Source: the human T2T-CHM13v2.0 reference genome, Homo sapiens
Length of the DNA: 64,000 bases
Reading direction: 5' to 3'
Assembly (NCBI GenBank): GCA_009914755.4
Contig: CP068257.2
Location: forward strand, 24,896,001-24,960,000
Shown: in pieces, positions 1 to 14,439 of the stretch
Layout: the number at the start of each line of letters is the position of its first letter
How positions within the stretch are numbered: the first letter of the stretch is position 1
Notes under the pieces: generated by a model
What the model was told of the DNA's origin: nothing
Database searches by the model: none
What the model saw: the letters and a program-made list of their open reading frames with translations, nothing else
Program-made: the position numbers and the translations under genes

Positions 1-2249
1 AGAAGACACCATCTATAAGAAAAAGGAATCTCCCCAGATAGCAGATATGCCCATGCCTTGATCTTGGACTTCTCAGCTTAGGGAACTGCAAGAAGAAAAT
101 TTCTATCATTCGTAAGCAATCAGTCTACGTTGTTTTATGATAGCAGCCTGAATGGACTAAGACAGTGAGCAAGAGTAGCGATCACCACGGAGATGAGCCT
201 TCATCAGGTATTGCAGTCTATGGCAAGAGCACATTACTGGCGCTCTGACTGCAACTAACTGGTTTCTAACCTTCTCTTAATTCCAACAACTTGTCACTGC
301 ACAGGTAAATGTGTGTGGGTGATGACATTGCAGTGAAGTCATAGTGTGCAGAAGTGGAAGTTGGAAAGTATTTACTAAGAGGTGGTATAGTGGATAAAAT
401 TCCACTTCCAATCTTTGAGTTTTTCGTCTACTTTCTGGAAGAAGGAAAAGGGTAATGGGCCCTTAATAATATTTTCCAATTATCTGTTGATTTTTTAATT
501 GGATCTTTCTTAATTTAATTTCCAAGAGCTCCTTATTCTTTGTTCTTCTGTATGTAGTGTACTGGTTTTGTTTTATGAATGCAATATAGTCTTTTATTTC
601 TCTCAATATTTTAATTATGGTGTTTCTTTCATGTGCTTATTTTTCCACCACTTTGTTTTTGCCACTCTTTTTTCTTTATTTGATTCTATTTTGTTTTGCT
701 CTCTATCTCTATCTTCCATAATAGAGGCTTTCATCAAATATCAGGTCTTTAGCTGTCATATATAAAAGTGAGACTCAGAAAAACCCCATTTGGGAGCAAG
801 AGTGTGGCTTATTAATTTGTGAATCTCACTGTAGGTTTGCTACTGTGGTATCATATTTTTAATTGGGGAAATATCCAAATACCTGTGTCTAGTTCAGAAG
901 TTCTTAAACTTTTTGGTGTCATGGCAGCCTGGTAAAGTCTAGGATCCTGTTTTAGACTTATGTCCTATGCATGAAACCAATTATATCACAATCTGGTTCT
1001 CAAACTATTAAACCATTAAATTTGTGATATAGTCATATGTGCTTTTAATTAATGCACCACCTAATAAACTTTAGAGTTGTATCTAATAACTACTATAATT
1101 TTGAAACAATGATGAGTGAAAATGCAATTTGGAGATACAGGCAAAGAATAATGTGATACGAAAACAACTGTGATTTTTATTGGTCACAAAGTCACAGGTA
1201 CCAATTATACTACGACGTTTTGTTGCCTATACTCAAAGATGCCAGAAATGCTAACTTTCAGAAGTTAGTTTAAAATAAAAATGAATTATTGTTCTCATTC
1301 AAGTTCACAGACTCGCTGGTTAAAAATTCCTGCTGTAGGTCTTTACTTCTGGGTGAATGGATTTTTCTAGAAATCAGTTCACCCATCTCCAACCTTAAGT
1401 ACGTAAGTGTGGCTGTGAGCCTTTCACGAGCCAAGCAGGGGACAAATCTCTCTTCAGTGGGGAGGCTTTTCCTATAATCCCTCTGATTTCAACACAGTAA
1501 CTCACACTCCAACCAAAAATGTATTTATTTGCTGTCTTCCAAATTCAAATACTGTCTGATAAAACCAATCCAAAAATAGACCCTAGGTTTTCTCTTGATG
1601 CATCAGGGTTGGAGAAAGAATATGAGAAGTCTAACTCCTATTTTAAAGATATTTAATCCATACTGTAGTTTTCATTCCCATTTTTGCACACCTGCCTTTA
1701 AAGCAGCAATTGTCTCCAATCCCTGAGGATTTCTGTAGCTTTGTGTTGAAAGGATTAGCTTTTTGATATTCTGCCTCAACATACTTAGATCTCTATGTTC
1801 TCTAGTCTAAAACAGTTCCCAGTGGTTAAACTATTTCCCAGATTTCAAAATGTTGCTTCTTTTGTCTGGTATCTTCTTTTTGAGGTTTCTTCCCCCGCCC
1901 CCTAAGTTCCTTTACTGTCATTGCTTTGTGAACACTCAGGAGGAAGTACAGATAGACATTTGCATTCAACCTATGTTATTTAACCAGAAGCTTTGATGCA
2001 TTCATAAGTAGCATTTTAATATGTTTGGGTTCGCATCTTTTTCCCTCTCATAATAGCATATCTCCTTTTCTCTGATTTAATATAAAAGTAAGAGGAGAAA
2101 CAAGGTTGACATGCAATGTCACTTTAAGGAAGGCCTCTTTTTTGTGTTTTAAGGAAACCATTTCTTAAAAGAACTTTTCTCAGACTCTCTCTAGATGCTT
2201 TCAGCATTTTCGTTTAAGACATTAGACTATGAGTTCTTCAAAAGGATGT

Positions 2250-4405
2250 ATGTAGTTTCTTTTTTGGTAGAGTGGTAGAAGTGGAATAGCTCTTATTGGT
2301 ATAACCCTACCACGGATCACAACTGCAAGCTCTTAAGAAAGTATAAAGACTCCCTGAAATCCCTGGAGAGAAACCCAAAGCCACCATAAATTGGAAGTGA
2401 ATCAAAACTGGGAAGAAGGAAATGGAACTGAGTAGCGTTCCATTGATAAGGCTTTTTGGCTAACGGCATGCCCCAATCAGAATAAGCTAGTTAGCTAAAT
2501 CCTGAACAGAAACCCTTGGGGTGTACTGCTTTTAAAAACCAGGGGACAGAGTTTAGAACTACGAAAACAGACGAAAAGTGAGAGGGGAAATCATGCAAAG
2601 GAGAAACTATACAGGGTAGAGCATCACATTTTGCACATAAACTCTGCGGAAAATCTTAGGATGACCTCTACACTATGCACGCATGGGGCATACTCCCAGC
2701 AGCCCATCTAAGGCTAAAAAGAACCGAACAAAGATTTTAGAAGTTACCCACTGCAGGAGTGACAAAAAATGGATTTGAGTTCTTCTAGATTAACTACAAA
2801 TAAAAATCAACATTCAGAGAAATAGCAGAATCCAGTCTCTACAGTGTATTCTTTTAAAAAAAAATGTCCAGGGTATAATTCCAAATTATTCCATACATAG
2901 TCAAGAGGAAAGGCAATTAAATAAACTGATCCTGAAATGAACCAGATGTTAGAACAGGCTAGCAAGGATTTTAACATAGATACTATAACTATGCTCAAGG
3001 GTAGAAGGTAAAATATGTTTGTGATGAATGGATATACAGAAAATCTCAGCAGAGAGATTGCAACTTTAAAAAAGAACCAAATGGAAATTCTAGAAATGAG
3101 GAATAAAATATCTGAAACAAAAGGAAATTAATTGTATGGGCTTAACAAGATGTTAAGGATGAAAGAAGAGTCAGTGACGTGAAGGTATCTCAATCAAAAC
3201 TATATAATCTAGAGAGCAGAGAGAAAAAATATTTAAAAAATTAGAATCTCAGTGATTGTGGGACTATATCAAAATCTAATACATGTGGAGTTTTACAAGG
3301 AGATAAGAGGCAGGAACAGGTAAAACCCAACATCTGAAGAAAGAATGTTTAAAAATTTCCCCCATTTTACAGACTCAAAAACCTCACGTATCCTATGTAG
3401 TATAAATAGAGAAAAGACACCTTGAAAATATCACAATTCGATAGATAAAAACAAAAGATAAAGAGAATCTTGAAAGCATCCATAGAAAAAAGACAAATTA
3501 CATATATAGGAACAAAAATACAAATCACCACTGACATCTTAGCAGAAACAATGAGGCTGGAATATGGTGTAATGACATCTTTAAAAGTGCCAAATGAAAG
3601 CAACACACTGAAAACCTAAAATTCAATGTGAAGCAAAAATAGCTTTCAGAAATAAAGATGACATAAAGGCATTTCAGATGAACAGAAACAGTGGTAACTC
3701 TTCTCAAGTAGACTTGCCCTACAAGAAAAGCTAACAGAAGTTCTTCAAGCAAAAGTGAAATGAGATCAGATAAAAATTCAGATTTTAATTTCCCTAAAAT
3801 ACTAATGATTGTTTAAAATAAAAATAACAGTTTGCATAGCATCTTATGTAATAAACGTGAAAATACAGAATTAATTATAGGAGGTAAAAGACCTATAGGA
3901 TTGCAAAGTTATTACATTTTATGAGAAGGGGTGCTTAACTTTCAATAGAAAAATTAAGGGTGCATATTGCAATCTTTAGAGCACCACTGAAATAATAAAA
4001 TAAAGAGGTAAGCTAAAAAGCCAAGATAAATTAAAATGGAATTCTAAAAGCAATTTCAATTAACTCAAAAGTAGCAGGAGAGGAGCATGAAGGAAACACA
4101 AAGCAAGTGGGACAAACAGAAAAGATAACAGTAAACTGAAAGACTAAATCCCACCACATCAGTAGGAAATGAAGTATTTTAAAAGGCAGAGATTGTCAGA
4201 ATTACTTAAAAAGCATGAACTATTTGTTGTCTACATGAAAGGTACTTTGAATACAAAAAAATCAAGTAGATGCCCTCTGAATACAGAAACTCCCTTAAGG
4301 GCTGGGAAGATATTCTATTATACCATGCAACATAAACAGCATAAGAAGGTGGGGGACGGGGGCGGGGCGGGAGAGAGAAAGAGAGAGAGAGAGAATATGT
4401 GTGTG

Positions 4406-4449
<44 letters not shown>

Positions 4450-5480
4450 AGAGATATATTTTCCCAGGAATGCAAACATCATTTAAATTTTGAAAATTTA
4501 TCAATATATTTCACCTTACAAGAGACCTAAACATGCGATCATTTCAACAGATGCAAAAAGCGTTTGATGAAATTCAACCTCCATTCATTACAGAACTCTC
4601 AGCGAATTAGGAACAGAAAGAAATTTCCTCAATCCGATAAAAAGAATCAATGAAAAACATTACAATTAGCATCATGCTTAATTGTTTTTTTCCTATGTTC
4701 CAGAACAAGGCAAAGATACCTACTCCAACAACTTCTAGTCAATATTTCCAGAGACATAAAGTAAAAACCAAAAAGAATTAAAAGGCATACAGATCAGAAA
4801 GAAGTAAAACTCTATTTGCAGATAAGATTTTTTTTACATAGAAAATCCTAATCAATGTATAAAGTAATTACTAGATGTACAAAGTGAATTTAGCAATGTT
4901 GTTTTATATATGATCAATACACTAACACCAATTGTATTTTCATACTCCGCAGCAACAAACAACTAGAAAACAAAATTAATAACAATTCCATGTATTAGGG
5001 TGTTAAGAAGCAAATTACTATTTAGGAAATTTAACAAAGGCAAGGACTGACTCACATTTACCTTCATTTTCACAATGTTTAGCCCAATGCCTAAATGATA
5101 TATTCAACACAATTTTTTGAAAAGCTAAAGAATGTTTGTCTGCTATAAAAAGATTCAAGTTAAAGTCTTTAAAAATTCCTTAGCAAACTAACACAGGAAC
5201 AGAAAACCAAACACTGCATGTCTGCATGTTCTCACTTAGAAGTAGGAGCTGAACAAGGAGAACACAGGGACACAGGGAGGGGAACGGCACACACTGGAGT
5301 CTGTTGCGTGGTGGATGCGGGGAGGAAGAGCAGTAGGAAAAACAGCTAATGCACGCCGGGCTTAATACCTAAGTGGTGGGTTGACAGGTGCAGCAAACCA
5401 CCATGGCACATGTTTACCTATGTAACAAACCTGCACATGTACCCCAGAACTTAAAATAAAAATAAAATTTTAAAAAGTTA
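2250..5480 (+). mobile_element. LINE-1 (older primate/mammalian subfamily), internally deleted. The 5'UTR-like and ORF1 parts span ~2250-4180, the ORF2 N-terminus ~4180-4365, ORF2 RT fragments 4450-5160, and the 3'UTR ends ~5480.
   Basis: Recognisable L1 ORF1 text (e.g. aaagataaagagaatcttgaaagcatcc), ORF2 text (aatgcaaacatcatttaaattttgaaa..., gatgcaaaaagcgtttgatgaaattcaacc) and a canonical L1 3' end (ccaaacactgcatgtctgcatgttctcacttagaagtaggagctgaacaagg...cctatgtaacaaacctgcacatgtacccc). A (GA)n(GT)n tract sits at an internal deletion junction. Confidence 0.75.
4369..4448. repeat. Compound microsatellite: (GA)n at ~4369-4394 followed by (GT)~25 at 4398-4448, preceded by a G-rich run ggtgggggacgggggcggggcggg.
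   Basis: Direct reading of the sequence. Confidence 0.95.
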
Positions 5481-5732
5481 TGATATTCAATTCAATGTAG
5501 AAAGAGACAGTAAAATAATCTTTTTCAAAAAAAAAATTATAGGTTGTTTTTTCCTTCATCTCTCTGTCCAGGTTTAAGTGCAGCAGGGCTCAAAGAATGG
5601 CACCCACATGTCAGGGGCCTGTGCTCCTTTCCTTCCGCACTGGGACCTGTGCTACTTTGGCACCTCAGCAAAGCATGTACTGAAGTTGCACACAATCATC
5701 TCTGCTCATGCACCATTGGCTGAAGTTAGTTA

Positions 5733-6120
<388 letters not shown>

Positions 6121-6925
6121 CTATTGTGCTCTATTAAATTTATATCAATATTAGATAAGGGAGATTGGACATTAGAAGACAACTTGTTGTCACTAACATA
6201 CCATTTCTAACTGTCTGACAGATACAGTGAAGAAGAATTTTAATGGCGATATTTTACCGTTCTGAAGACTAAAACATTTTGAGATTATTAATGAATTTAA
6301 AGCTCACTTCTACTAATCCACCAACCAGAATACAGGAAAACTGTTCAGCTGCTGTTTTTATTTACTTGAATTCTGTACGAATAATCACTTTTAGTCGTCA
6401 AAATCCTAAAATATGAACTTAACAAGACTCACTGTTAAATGCAGAGCGCTTAGAAAACCAGACACAGAACCTGACCAGGATTTATGAATCATATGTTAAA
6501 ACAGAAATCGTAAAATAAGATTTATGCCTGGTCAAATTATAGATTTTAGCATACTGACTCATAAATCAGTCACCTGAATCCCAAGGGCAATAAAAGGATT
6601 TATAAATCAAAACTGATTTAGGATTTATTAGCTAAATGTCTACCATAAGAATGCCGTGTTTATAAATCTCTTTTGACTTACAGAACTAAATTTCACAAAC
6701 TCTACAGTCAGGGCCCATCTCTAATGATGCTTTTGAAGGGTATACATCCTGGTGACCCTGAAGAAACACGGATCGATGATAATGTCAGAGGAAAGAGAAT
6801 TGTATTAAAATTATTAAACATTATTTAAATAAATTCTAAAGGATGATCTTGTAAGTAAAAACAACATCTATCTCTATATTTTTGAATTGTGAATATATGG
6901 GTTTAAATATTTAAATAATAAGAAA

Positions 6926-7096
6926 GGCCGAGAAAGGTGGCTCATGCCTGTAATCCCAGCACTTTGGGAGGTTGAGGTGGATCCTAGGAGTTCCAGACCA
7001 GCCTGGGCAAAGAAACTGTGATTACCCCACTGCCCTCCAGCCTGGGCAACAGAGTGAGACCCTATCTCAACAAAAAGAAAAACAAAAAAGAAAAAG
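6926..7096 (+). mobile_element. Internally deleted Alu: left monomer joined to the last ~45 bp of the right monomer, plus an A-rich tail.
   Basis: The sequence ggccgagaaaggtggctcatgcctgtaatcccagcactttgggaggttgaggtgg...ccagcctgggcaacagagtgagaccctatctcaacaaaaag. Confidence 0.8.
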
Positions 7097-7677
7097 ATAA
7101 ATTATGATTTGAGTATAAAATGACATGTAAAGGATAATTTACCTCAACTCCCAAATCATTTCAGAGTAGATTAAATGTTTCAGAACACATTAAATGACAA
7201 CATTTCTCTACTAGATATACCAGTCCCTTTTTAATTCCTAATTTGACAAACATATTACTTTTTTATTGAAATTATATAATATATTTTATTACAAATAAAA
7301 AGTATTTGTGTTAATTTGAACTATCTTATTTTTAAGGTTCAATTTTCTCATGTATCATGGCCTGTTTAGAGTCTCTGGGTTTGCCTCCCACTTGGTAGAA
7401 TGGAATTGTTCTAAATATTCACGTGGCTGACTTAGTCATTTTGTTCTGTTCTCTACTCAGATGTCACCTCCTCAGGGCCTCTTCTGTGTTCATCCCTGAC
7501 CATCCAGTGGGAAGCAGCATCCACATCACCCTGTCCTTCAGGCTTCTTCGTCTTCTTTTCTCATAGAAAGATAATAATAAGCAACCTGAAAGTTTAATTC
7601 CAAGGTGGCAAGGTTAATGAGTGATAGTACAGGCTTACGGTTGGACTGTGTAATGGTTTCTACCTTCTGGTTAATAA

Positions 7678-7985
<308 letters not shown>

Positions 7986-10486
7986 TTTATTCTTAATTAA
8001 ATAAGATAGTTTACATTACCCACTTCTCAATAATTGAGAGATTAAACAGATAATTAAGCACGTAAATATGGTGTTTTCTTAGGTGAGACATGGACCTGGC
8101 TGTCCAGGTTGAATATCAGAGATTTCTGAAGCAAAATAAATGAAGAATAAAATAACTTTATTTTTTGAGCTCCTTTTCCTGTGACTACAACTTTGTGGTA
8201 TCTTTTTCCAAACAGAGAAGAGAAAGATAACATAGTATGTCCTCTAACATGATGGATTGTAATTGGCTTTTGGCTATTCTTGGTTTAAAAAACTATTTTA
8301 GTCTCACAGCATGTTAGTGGTAATGTGTAAATATTTAGAATTGTTAGCAAATTTGAGAAAACTTCTGTTAGATTTCTTTCAAATACAAGTAGTAATATTG
8401 TATTTGGAAGAACTGTGCCACAGATTCTCTTCTGACTCCTATTTTGAAACTTTGTTTCTTCATCACCACCCAATCACTTCCATTTTGCTTAGTTGTAGGA
8501 GTCACTTTGATCACACATTCATGTTGGCATCTGATCTTGCTTTGCCCCTAGGCATCAGAATACTGAATGAGTTGGTGTGGTGGGCTGTTGATCATGCTTG
8601 GGAGCTATTCCTATATTGGAATGGCTAGCAATAATTTAACTATACATGGAAGTGATTATGACCTATGTACTAAATGCAGACTAAATTTACTCACAATTCC
8701 ACTTCCCCCAACTGGAACCCCCAAATGGTGAAGTCATTTTAAAGCCTCTAGGGAGAGGAAATTGAAGTAGAAAGAGGTCATAGTCTTGAAAGAGATCATT
8801 TAAATATCTTACTTTTGCAACTGCTGCAAAATGCATGACCATGGGAATGCACCGTCTTAGGTGTAAGGAAGAAGCCCATGCAGTACACCAACCCGAGAGA
8901 GAAAGCTTTATTAACGTCGGGATAGATTCTACTCTGCTTACAGCCCTACAGCAACAATAGTGGATACGTCAGGAAATAACTTGCCCAGCTCAGGGAGGAA
9001 GTTCATTGTGGCTCGACGCTGCTTCAGAGGACATTTAAAAGGCACAAAAACAACCCAGTGGAAATGCCAGCTTCCCAGCATCTAGACAATGAAGGCGGAA
9101 GTGGCCCCTGAGCACAGGAGGAAGTGCAACTTGCCAGGAGTCAAGAGCTGAGCAAGGTTGAAGGTGCATTTTTCTGGTTAGGGAGCCAGGGTGCAAGGAC
9201 TCATTTTTATTTTTCTTAAAATCAAGCACAGAGGGGTCCAGGTTGTGCAATGTTCGGGCTCAGAAACTGATCGCCTGAAATACGGTGTTTTGACATACTC
9301 AACTGAAGGATCTTCAAAGTCCCTTTGACCTTCTCCCCACTCCTGTCTCTCAATTCCCTGTCTCTCTCCAAGCACAGAATGAAGTTGTTCCCAGAAGTTC
9401 CCTCATCTGGCTAAAGTCCAGACTCGCCAAAGAAAAAAACAATTACCTATGATCCCCTCCCTGATTTTTCACTAACTGAAGTCATATGGGAGGAACAAAG
9501 ACTGAAGTCTGTCAACACACCTGGACAGACTTGTCACAAACCATGGTCTGTTTTGTGGGCCCAAGAGACTTTGTCCCAGGCCATTGTATGTTCTTCAAGC
9601 CCATTTAATTTGCCTAAAAACAATTTGCTATCCCCCTAAGATCATCCACACTTCCCCATCTCCCTTTACTCTGAAGATAAGGGTATATAACCATCTGTAC
9701 CCCAATGTGTGGTGGGGCAACCACTCTATGATTCTCTTCCATGCGCATTAATAATTTTATATGCCATCTATTAATGTGACTTTTGTCAGATAATTTTCAA
9801 CGAACCTTCAGAGGGCAAAGGAAAAGCTTTTCCTTGGCACCTAGAGCAGCATTCAGGTTACGGGTTTTGTTCCTTCCTGCTGAAAGTTGTAATTCTATTT
9901 CTACTTTTTTTTTTTTTCTTTTTTTGGCTCCCATTGCCAAGGAAACCTCGATTTCAACCAATACAACTTTCCTGTTATACTAATACCATTCCCTGATTTA
10001 CCCATCATGTATGAATAATGGAAGCATACATTAGAGAATAGAAAGTAGCTAAACATTACTGAGTACCAGCTGATGTTCTAAGTGGTTCATAAGTATTAAT
10101 TCATTTAAACCTTGTAGCAACCTATGGGGCTGATTCTACTGTTATCACTATTTTACATCTATTACACTATTTTATCACTTATTTTTGGCACAGGCAAAGC
10201 TTTGTAAATTTGTTTGGGGTCTTACTGAGAACCCATGGGTCTCTGTTAGCTATTCAATCACTTCGATCAAACACAAATGAATTTTATATAGCATTTTATT
10301 TTCAATACTTCTGAATATATTTACCATGGTAATTTAAAGTAACCCTTTATGTAAGTCTACATAAGTGTGAAGAAATTAGTTTATGAAATGATGGTTTGAT
10401 TACATCCCTTAATTGATAATTACATAGGATAATAGGAGTGGACAATGAAATGTTTTTTGGTAAGGTTTATTTGTCTAATGATTATT

Positions 10487-10777
10487 ATTTTTAAGAGACA
10501 GGGTTGTGCTCTGTGCCCAGGATGCAGTGCAGTGGCATGAGTATGGCTCATTACAGCCTCGAACTCCTGGGCTCAAGCAATTCTCCTGTCTCAGCCTCCT
10601 GAGTAGTTGAGATTACAGGCGTGTGTCATCACATCTGGCTAATTTTCTCATTTTTTATAGAGATGAAGTCTTGCTATGTTGTCCAGGTTGGTCTTAAAAA
10701 CTTCTAGCATCAAACTATCCTCCCACCTCAGCATCCCAAAGTGCTGGGATCACAGGCATGAGCCACCAAGCCCGGCC
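10487..10777 (-). mobile_element. Diverged AluJ-like SINE.
   Basis: The sequence gagacagggttgtgctctgtgcccagg...cctcccaaagtgctgggatcacaggcatgagccaccaagcccggcc, with many substitutions relative to young Alus. Confidence 0.85.
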
Positions 10778-12067
10778 AGTATGGGTTATTTAGAGCAGTG
10801 TGGTCTAAGGGCCATTGGTTAAAGAATCTCCTAGTGAGGGATAATTAATAATAATGTAGATTTTCTACCCTAATTTTCTACCCACTGGATCTGAATTTCT
10901 AGATTAGATTCTGGGAAAGTGTTATTTTTAGAAAGTACTCCTAGGTGATTTTAGTGCATAATAAAGTCTGAGAATCTCTAATTTAAACAAATTTAAATTC
11001 TGTGAAATCTCTACTTTTCACTGAATAGACATAATTAAGGTCTAGTGTTTACAACTGCAAGACATTTATAAGCTTGAATGTGATTTAAGACAGGAATACA
11101 TGATAAATATGTTTTTGTTCCTTGTGTGCAAATACAGGCTTAAAAGTGTTGTTTGAAACAAATGATGCAGTAAAAGAAAAAAAAAAAGAAACTACAAGTT
11201 TTACAGACCTTTAAATCAGACCGTTGACTAATTGAAACACATAGGGGTTAGTCTTCCTAGAGGCATAATCTGAAAAATAGAGCAGGTTTTACTGGCTTAG
11301 GATACATCGTTCCAGGATAAGCTCTTTTCTCTCATGTGCTACTTTTTTCATGTACCCAGAAAACAATAAATTTTGGGGTTCTGCAGTTCTATGTGAGCAC
11401 TCCCATCTCATAAATATTTAGACTAGAAGAAAAGAGCCAGGATCATTCTTTTAAAAAGTTTAATGAATTTTTAAAAATGTATGAACATGGTTGGGAAGCC
11501 TGCCAGTGATTAAAGAGTGTTCATTTTAATATTGTACTCTTTTCCCTTTCCAAATTCTTTCCCACACCTCATCGGACTGTACATTTCTCTTAATAAACCT
11601 AATTTAAAATGAATTATTTTAGTCATTTTCATCACAAAATTTAATGATCAACCTTCTTAATTTTCTATTTCTGTGTCTTTGTTTTCATGTCATGTCACCT
11701 ACAGGGCACATTCTGTATGCTGTATGTTAAATTAATATTTCTACCATGGCTGCAATGGGTATTTGATGCACTACAGAAAAGTGTAGAGTGTGGGCCAGAT
11801 CCTCAAAGATCTCAAATCCGAATTGAGGTGTTTATACATGTACGAAATGCCAGGGACTGTCAAGCTTTTGAATGATTTAGAATTACAGTAAAGTCAATCT
11901 AAGCTTCCACGGTATTATTTGTAATCCACTGACACGCCTCATAAACAAAAATTTAAAAAGAATAAGAAAAAATGCAAATAACTTCATTTTACCCTCCGTG
12001 TAAGTCAGTATAAACAGATTGTTCATTTTCCTTTGTCAGGTGAGTTTCAAGAAACTACAGGCATACC

Positions 12068-14427
12068 TCATTTTATTGTATTTTCTTTATTGAGTCTCAC
12101 AGATATTATGTTATTTATAAATTGAAGATCTGTGGCAGCCCTTCATTGAGCAAGTCTATTGGCACAATTTTTCCAACAGCATATGCTCACTTTGTGTTTC
12201 TGTGTCACATTTTGGTAATTTTCACAATATGTCAAACTTTTTCATTATATCTGTTTTTCACTATATCTTTTTCATTACATCTGTTATGGTAATTGTGATC
12301 AGTGATCTTTGATGATGTTACTATTGTAATTACTTTCGGCCACCACAAACTGCACCTGTATAAGATGGTGAACTTAATTGATAAATGTTGTGTGTGTTCT
12401 CACTGCTCCATTGACCAGCTGTTCCCAATCTTTCTCTCTCCCCTCAGGCCTCCCTCCTCCCTGAAACACAAAAACATTGAAATTAGGCCAATTAATAACT
12501 CTACAATGGCCTCTAAGAGTTAAAATGAAAGGAAGTGTAAAATGGTTTCTCACTTGAAATCAAAAGCTAGAAATGATTAAGCTTCGTGAGGAAGGCAAGT
12601 TGAAAGCTGAGACAGCCAAAAGCTGACTCCCGCACCAGGGAGCCAAGTTGTGCAAGCAAAGGAAAAGTTCTTGAAGGAAATTAAAAGTGCTGCTCCAGTG
12701 AACACATGAATGATAAGAAAGCAAAAGTGATCTGGGTAGAAGATCAAACCAGCCACAACATGCCCTTAAGCCAAAGCCTAATCCAGAGCAAGGCTTTAAC
12801 TCTCTTCAAGTTTGTGAAGACTGAGAGAGGTAAGGAAAGTGCAGAAGGAAAGTTAAATGCTAGAAGAGTCGGTTCAGGAGGTTTCAGGAAAAAGCCATCT
12901 CCACAAATAAACATACAACGCGAAGCAACAAATGCTGATGTAGAAGCTGTGGCAAGTTTTCCAGAAGAGCTAGCTCAGATCATTGATAAACGTGGCTACA
13001 TTAAACAACATATTTTCAGTGTGGATGAAACAGAGTCCTATTGGAAGAAGACACCATCTAGGACTTTCATAGCTACAGGGAAAAGTCAATGACTGGCTTC
13101 AAAGCTTCAAAGAACAGGGTGACTCTCTTGTCAGACACTAATACAGCTGCTGACTTGAAGTTGAAGCCAGTGCTCACTGCACATTCTGAAAACTTAAGGA
13201 TCCTTAAGAACTGTGCTAAATCTACTGTGCCTATGTGCAACAAAGCCCTTATGGCAGCATGTCTGTTTACAATATCATTTACTGAATATTTGAAGCCTAC
13301 TACTGAGAACTACTGCTCAGGAAAAAAGATACTTTTCAAAATAGTACTGCTCTTTGACAATGGACCTGGTCACCCAAGAGCTCTGATGGAGGTGTGCAAG
13401 GAGATGAACGCTGTGTTCATGCCTGCTAACACAACACCCGTTCTGTACTCCATGGATCACAGAGTAATTTTGACTTTCAAGTCTTATTATTTGAGAAATA
13501 AATTTTGTAAGGCTATAGCTGCCACACATAGTTATTCCTGTGATGGATCCGGGCAAAGTAAATTGAAAACCTAGAAAAGAGTCACCATTCTAGATGTCAC
13601 TAAGAACATTTGTGATTCATGGGAGGAGGTTAAATTATCAACATTAATAGAAGTTTGAAAGAAATTTATTCCAGCCCTCATGGATGACTTTGATGGGTTC
13701 AAGACTTTGGTAGAGGAAGTAACTGCAGGTATAGTGATAATATCAAGGAAATTAGAACTAAAAGTGGAGCCTGAAGATGTGACTGAATTGCTTCAGTCTC
13801 ACGATAAAACTTGAACATAACAGCAGTTAATTCTTACGGATTAGCAAAAAAGTGGTTTTGTGAGATGGAATCTATTCCTGGTGAAAATGCTGTGAACACT
13901 GTGGAAATGACAACAAAGGATTTAGAATATTACATAAACTTAGTTGATAAAGCAGCAGTAGGGTTTAGAAGGATTGACTCCAATTTTGAAAGAAGTTCTA
14001 CGGTGGGTCAAATGCTACCGAAGAGCATTGCACGCTATAGAGAAATCTTTCATGAAAGGAGGAGTCAACTGATGTAGCAGACTTCACTGTTGTCTTATTT
14101 TTAAAAATTTCCACAGCCACCCCAATTTTCAGCAACCACCACCTTGATCAGTCAGCAGCCATCAGCATCAAAGCAAGACCCTCTTCCAGCAAAAAAATTA
14201 CAACAACTTGCTGAAGGCTCGGATGATTTTTAGCAACAAACTATTTTAAAATTAAGGTATGTACATTGTTTTTTGGGTGTAATGCTACTGCACCCTTAAT
14301 AGACTACAGTATAAACAACTTTATATGTACCAAGAAACCAAAAAATTCATGTGACTCACTTTGTTGCCATATGTGCCTTATTTTGGTAGTCCAGAATGGA
14401 ACCTACAATGTCTGCAAGGTATAATTG
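12068..14427 (+). mobile_element. Tigger1 (TcMar/pogo-like DNA transposon), nearly full length (~2.36 kb). It has terminal inverted repeats and a TA target-site duplication.
   Basis: The 5' end caggcatacctcattttattg... is immediately preceded by TA (12066-12067). The 3' end ...ctgcaaggtataattg is followed by TA (14428-14429). The internal ORF fragments translate to pogo/Tigger transposase (IWVEDQTSHNMPLSQSLIQSKALTLF..., ...[28 protein letters not shown]...SYYLRNKF..., ...[35 protein letters not shown]...). Confidence 0.9.
12490..14080 (+). pseudogene. Tigger1 transposase pseudogene (CENP-B-like HTH plus DDE domain). It is broken into at least three frames by frameshifts and stops, with an internal deletion near 12700.
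   Basis: The ORF-track pieces 12706-13092, 13089-13574 and 13811-14077 all match transposase but sit in different frames. A stop occurs right after MASKS near 12520. Confidence 0.85.
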
Positions 14428-14439
14428 TACTTTGTCAGC

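Noticed and set aside
900-1020. Possible hAT MITE, given motifs cagaagttcttaaactttttgg and ggttctcaaactattaaacc reminiscent of MER-type termini.
   Set aside because: The similarity is too short and ambiguous, and I found no convincing inverted-repeat pair.
4169-4486. Plus and minus ORFs spanning the (GT)n tract (translations with CVCVCV and THTHTH runs).
   Set aside because: This is microsatellite translation with no biological meaning. The flanks are L1 ORF2 remnants.
8830-9990. Possible ERV-type LTR, with TATA-like tataaccatctgtacccc and polyadenylation-like motifs, upstream of an AT-rich region.
   Set aside because: I could not match it to a repeat consensus I know or find clear LTR termini (TG...CA) with a TSD. 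It is left unannotated rather than guessed.
12706-14077. Three plus-strand ORFs with transposase similarity.
   Set aside because: They are pieces of the Tigger1 transposase in three different frames with an internal deletion. It is a pseudogene inside a fossil DNA transposon.
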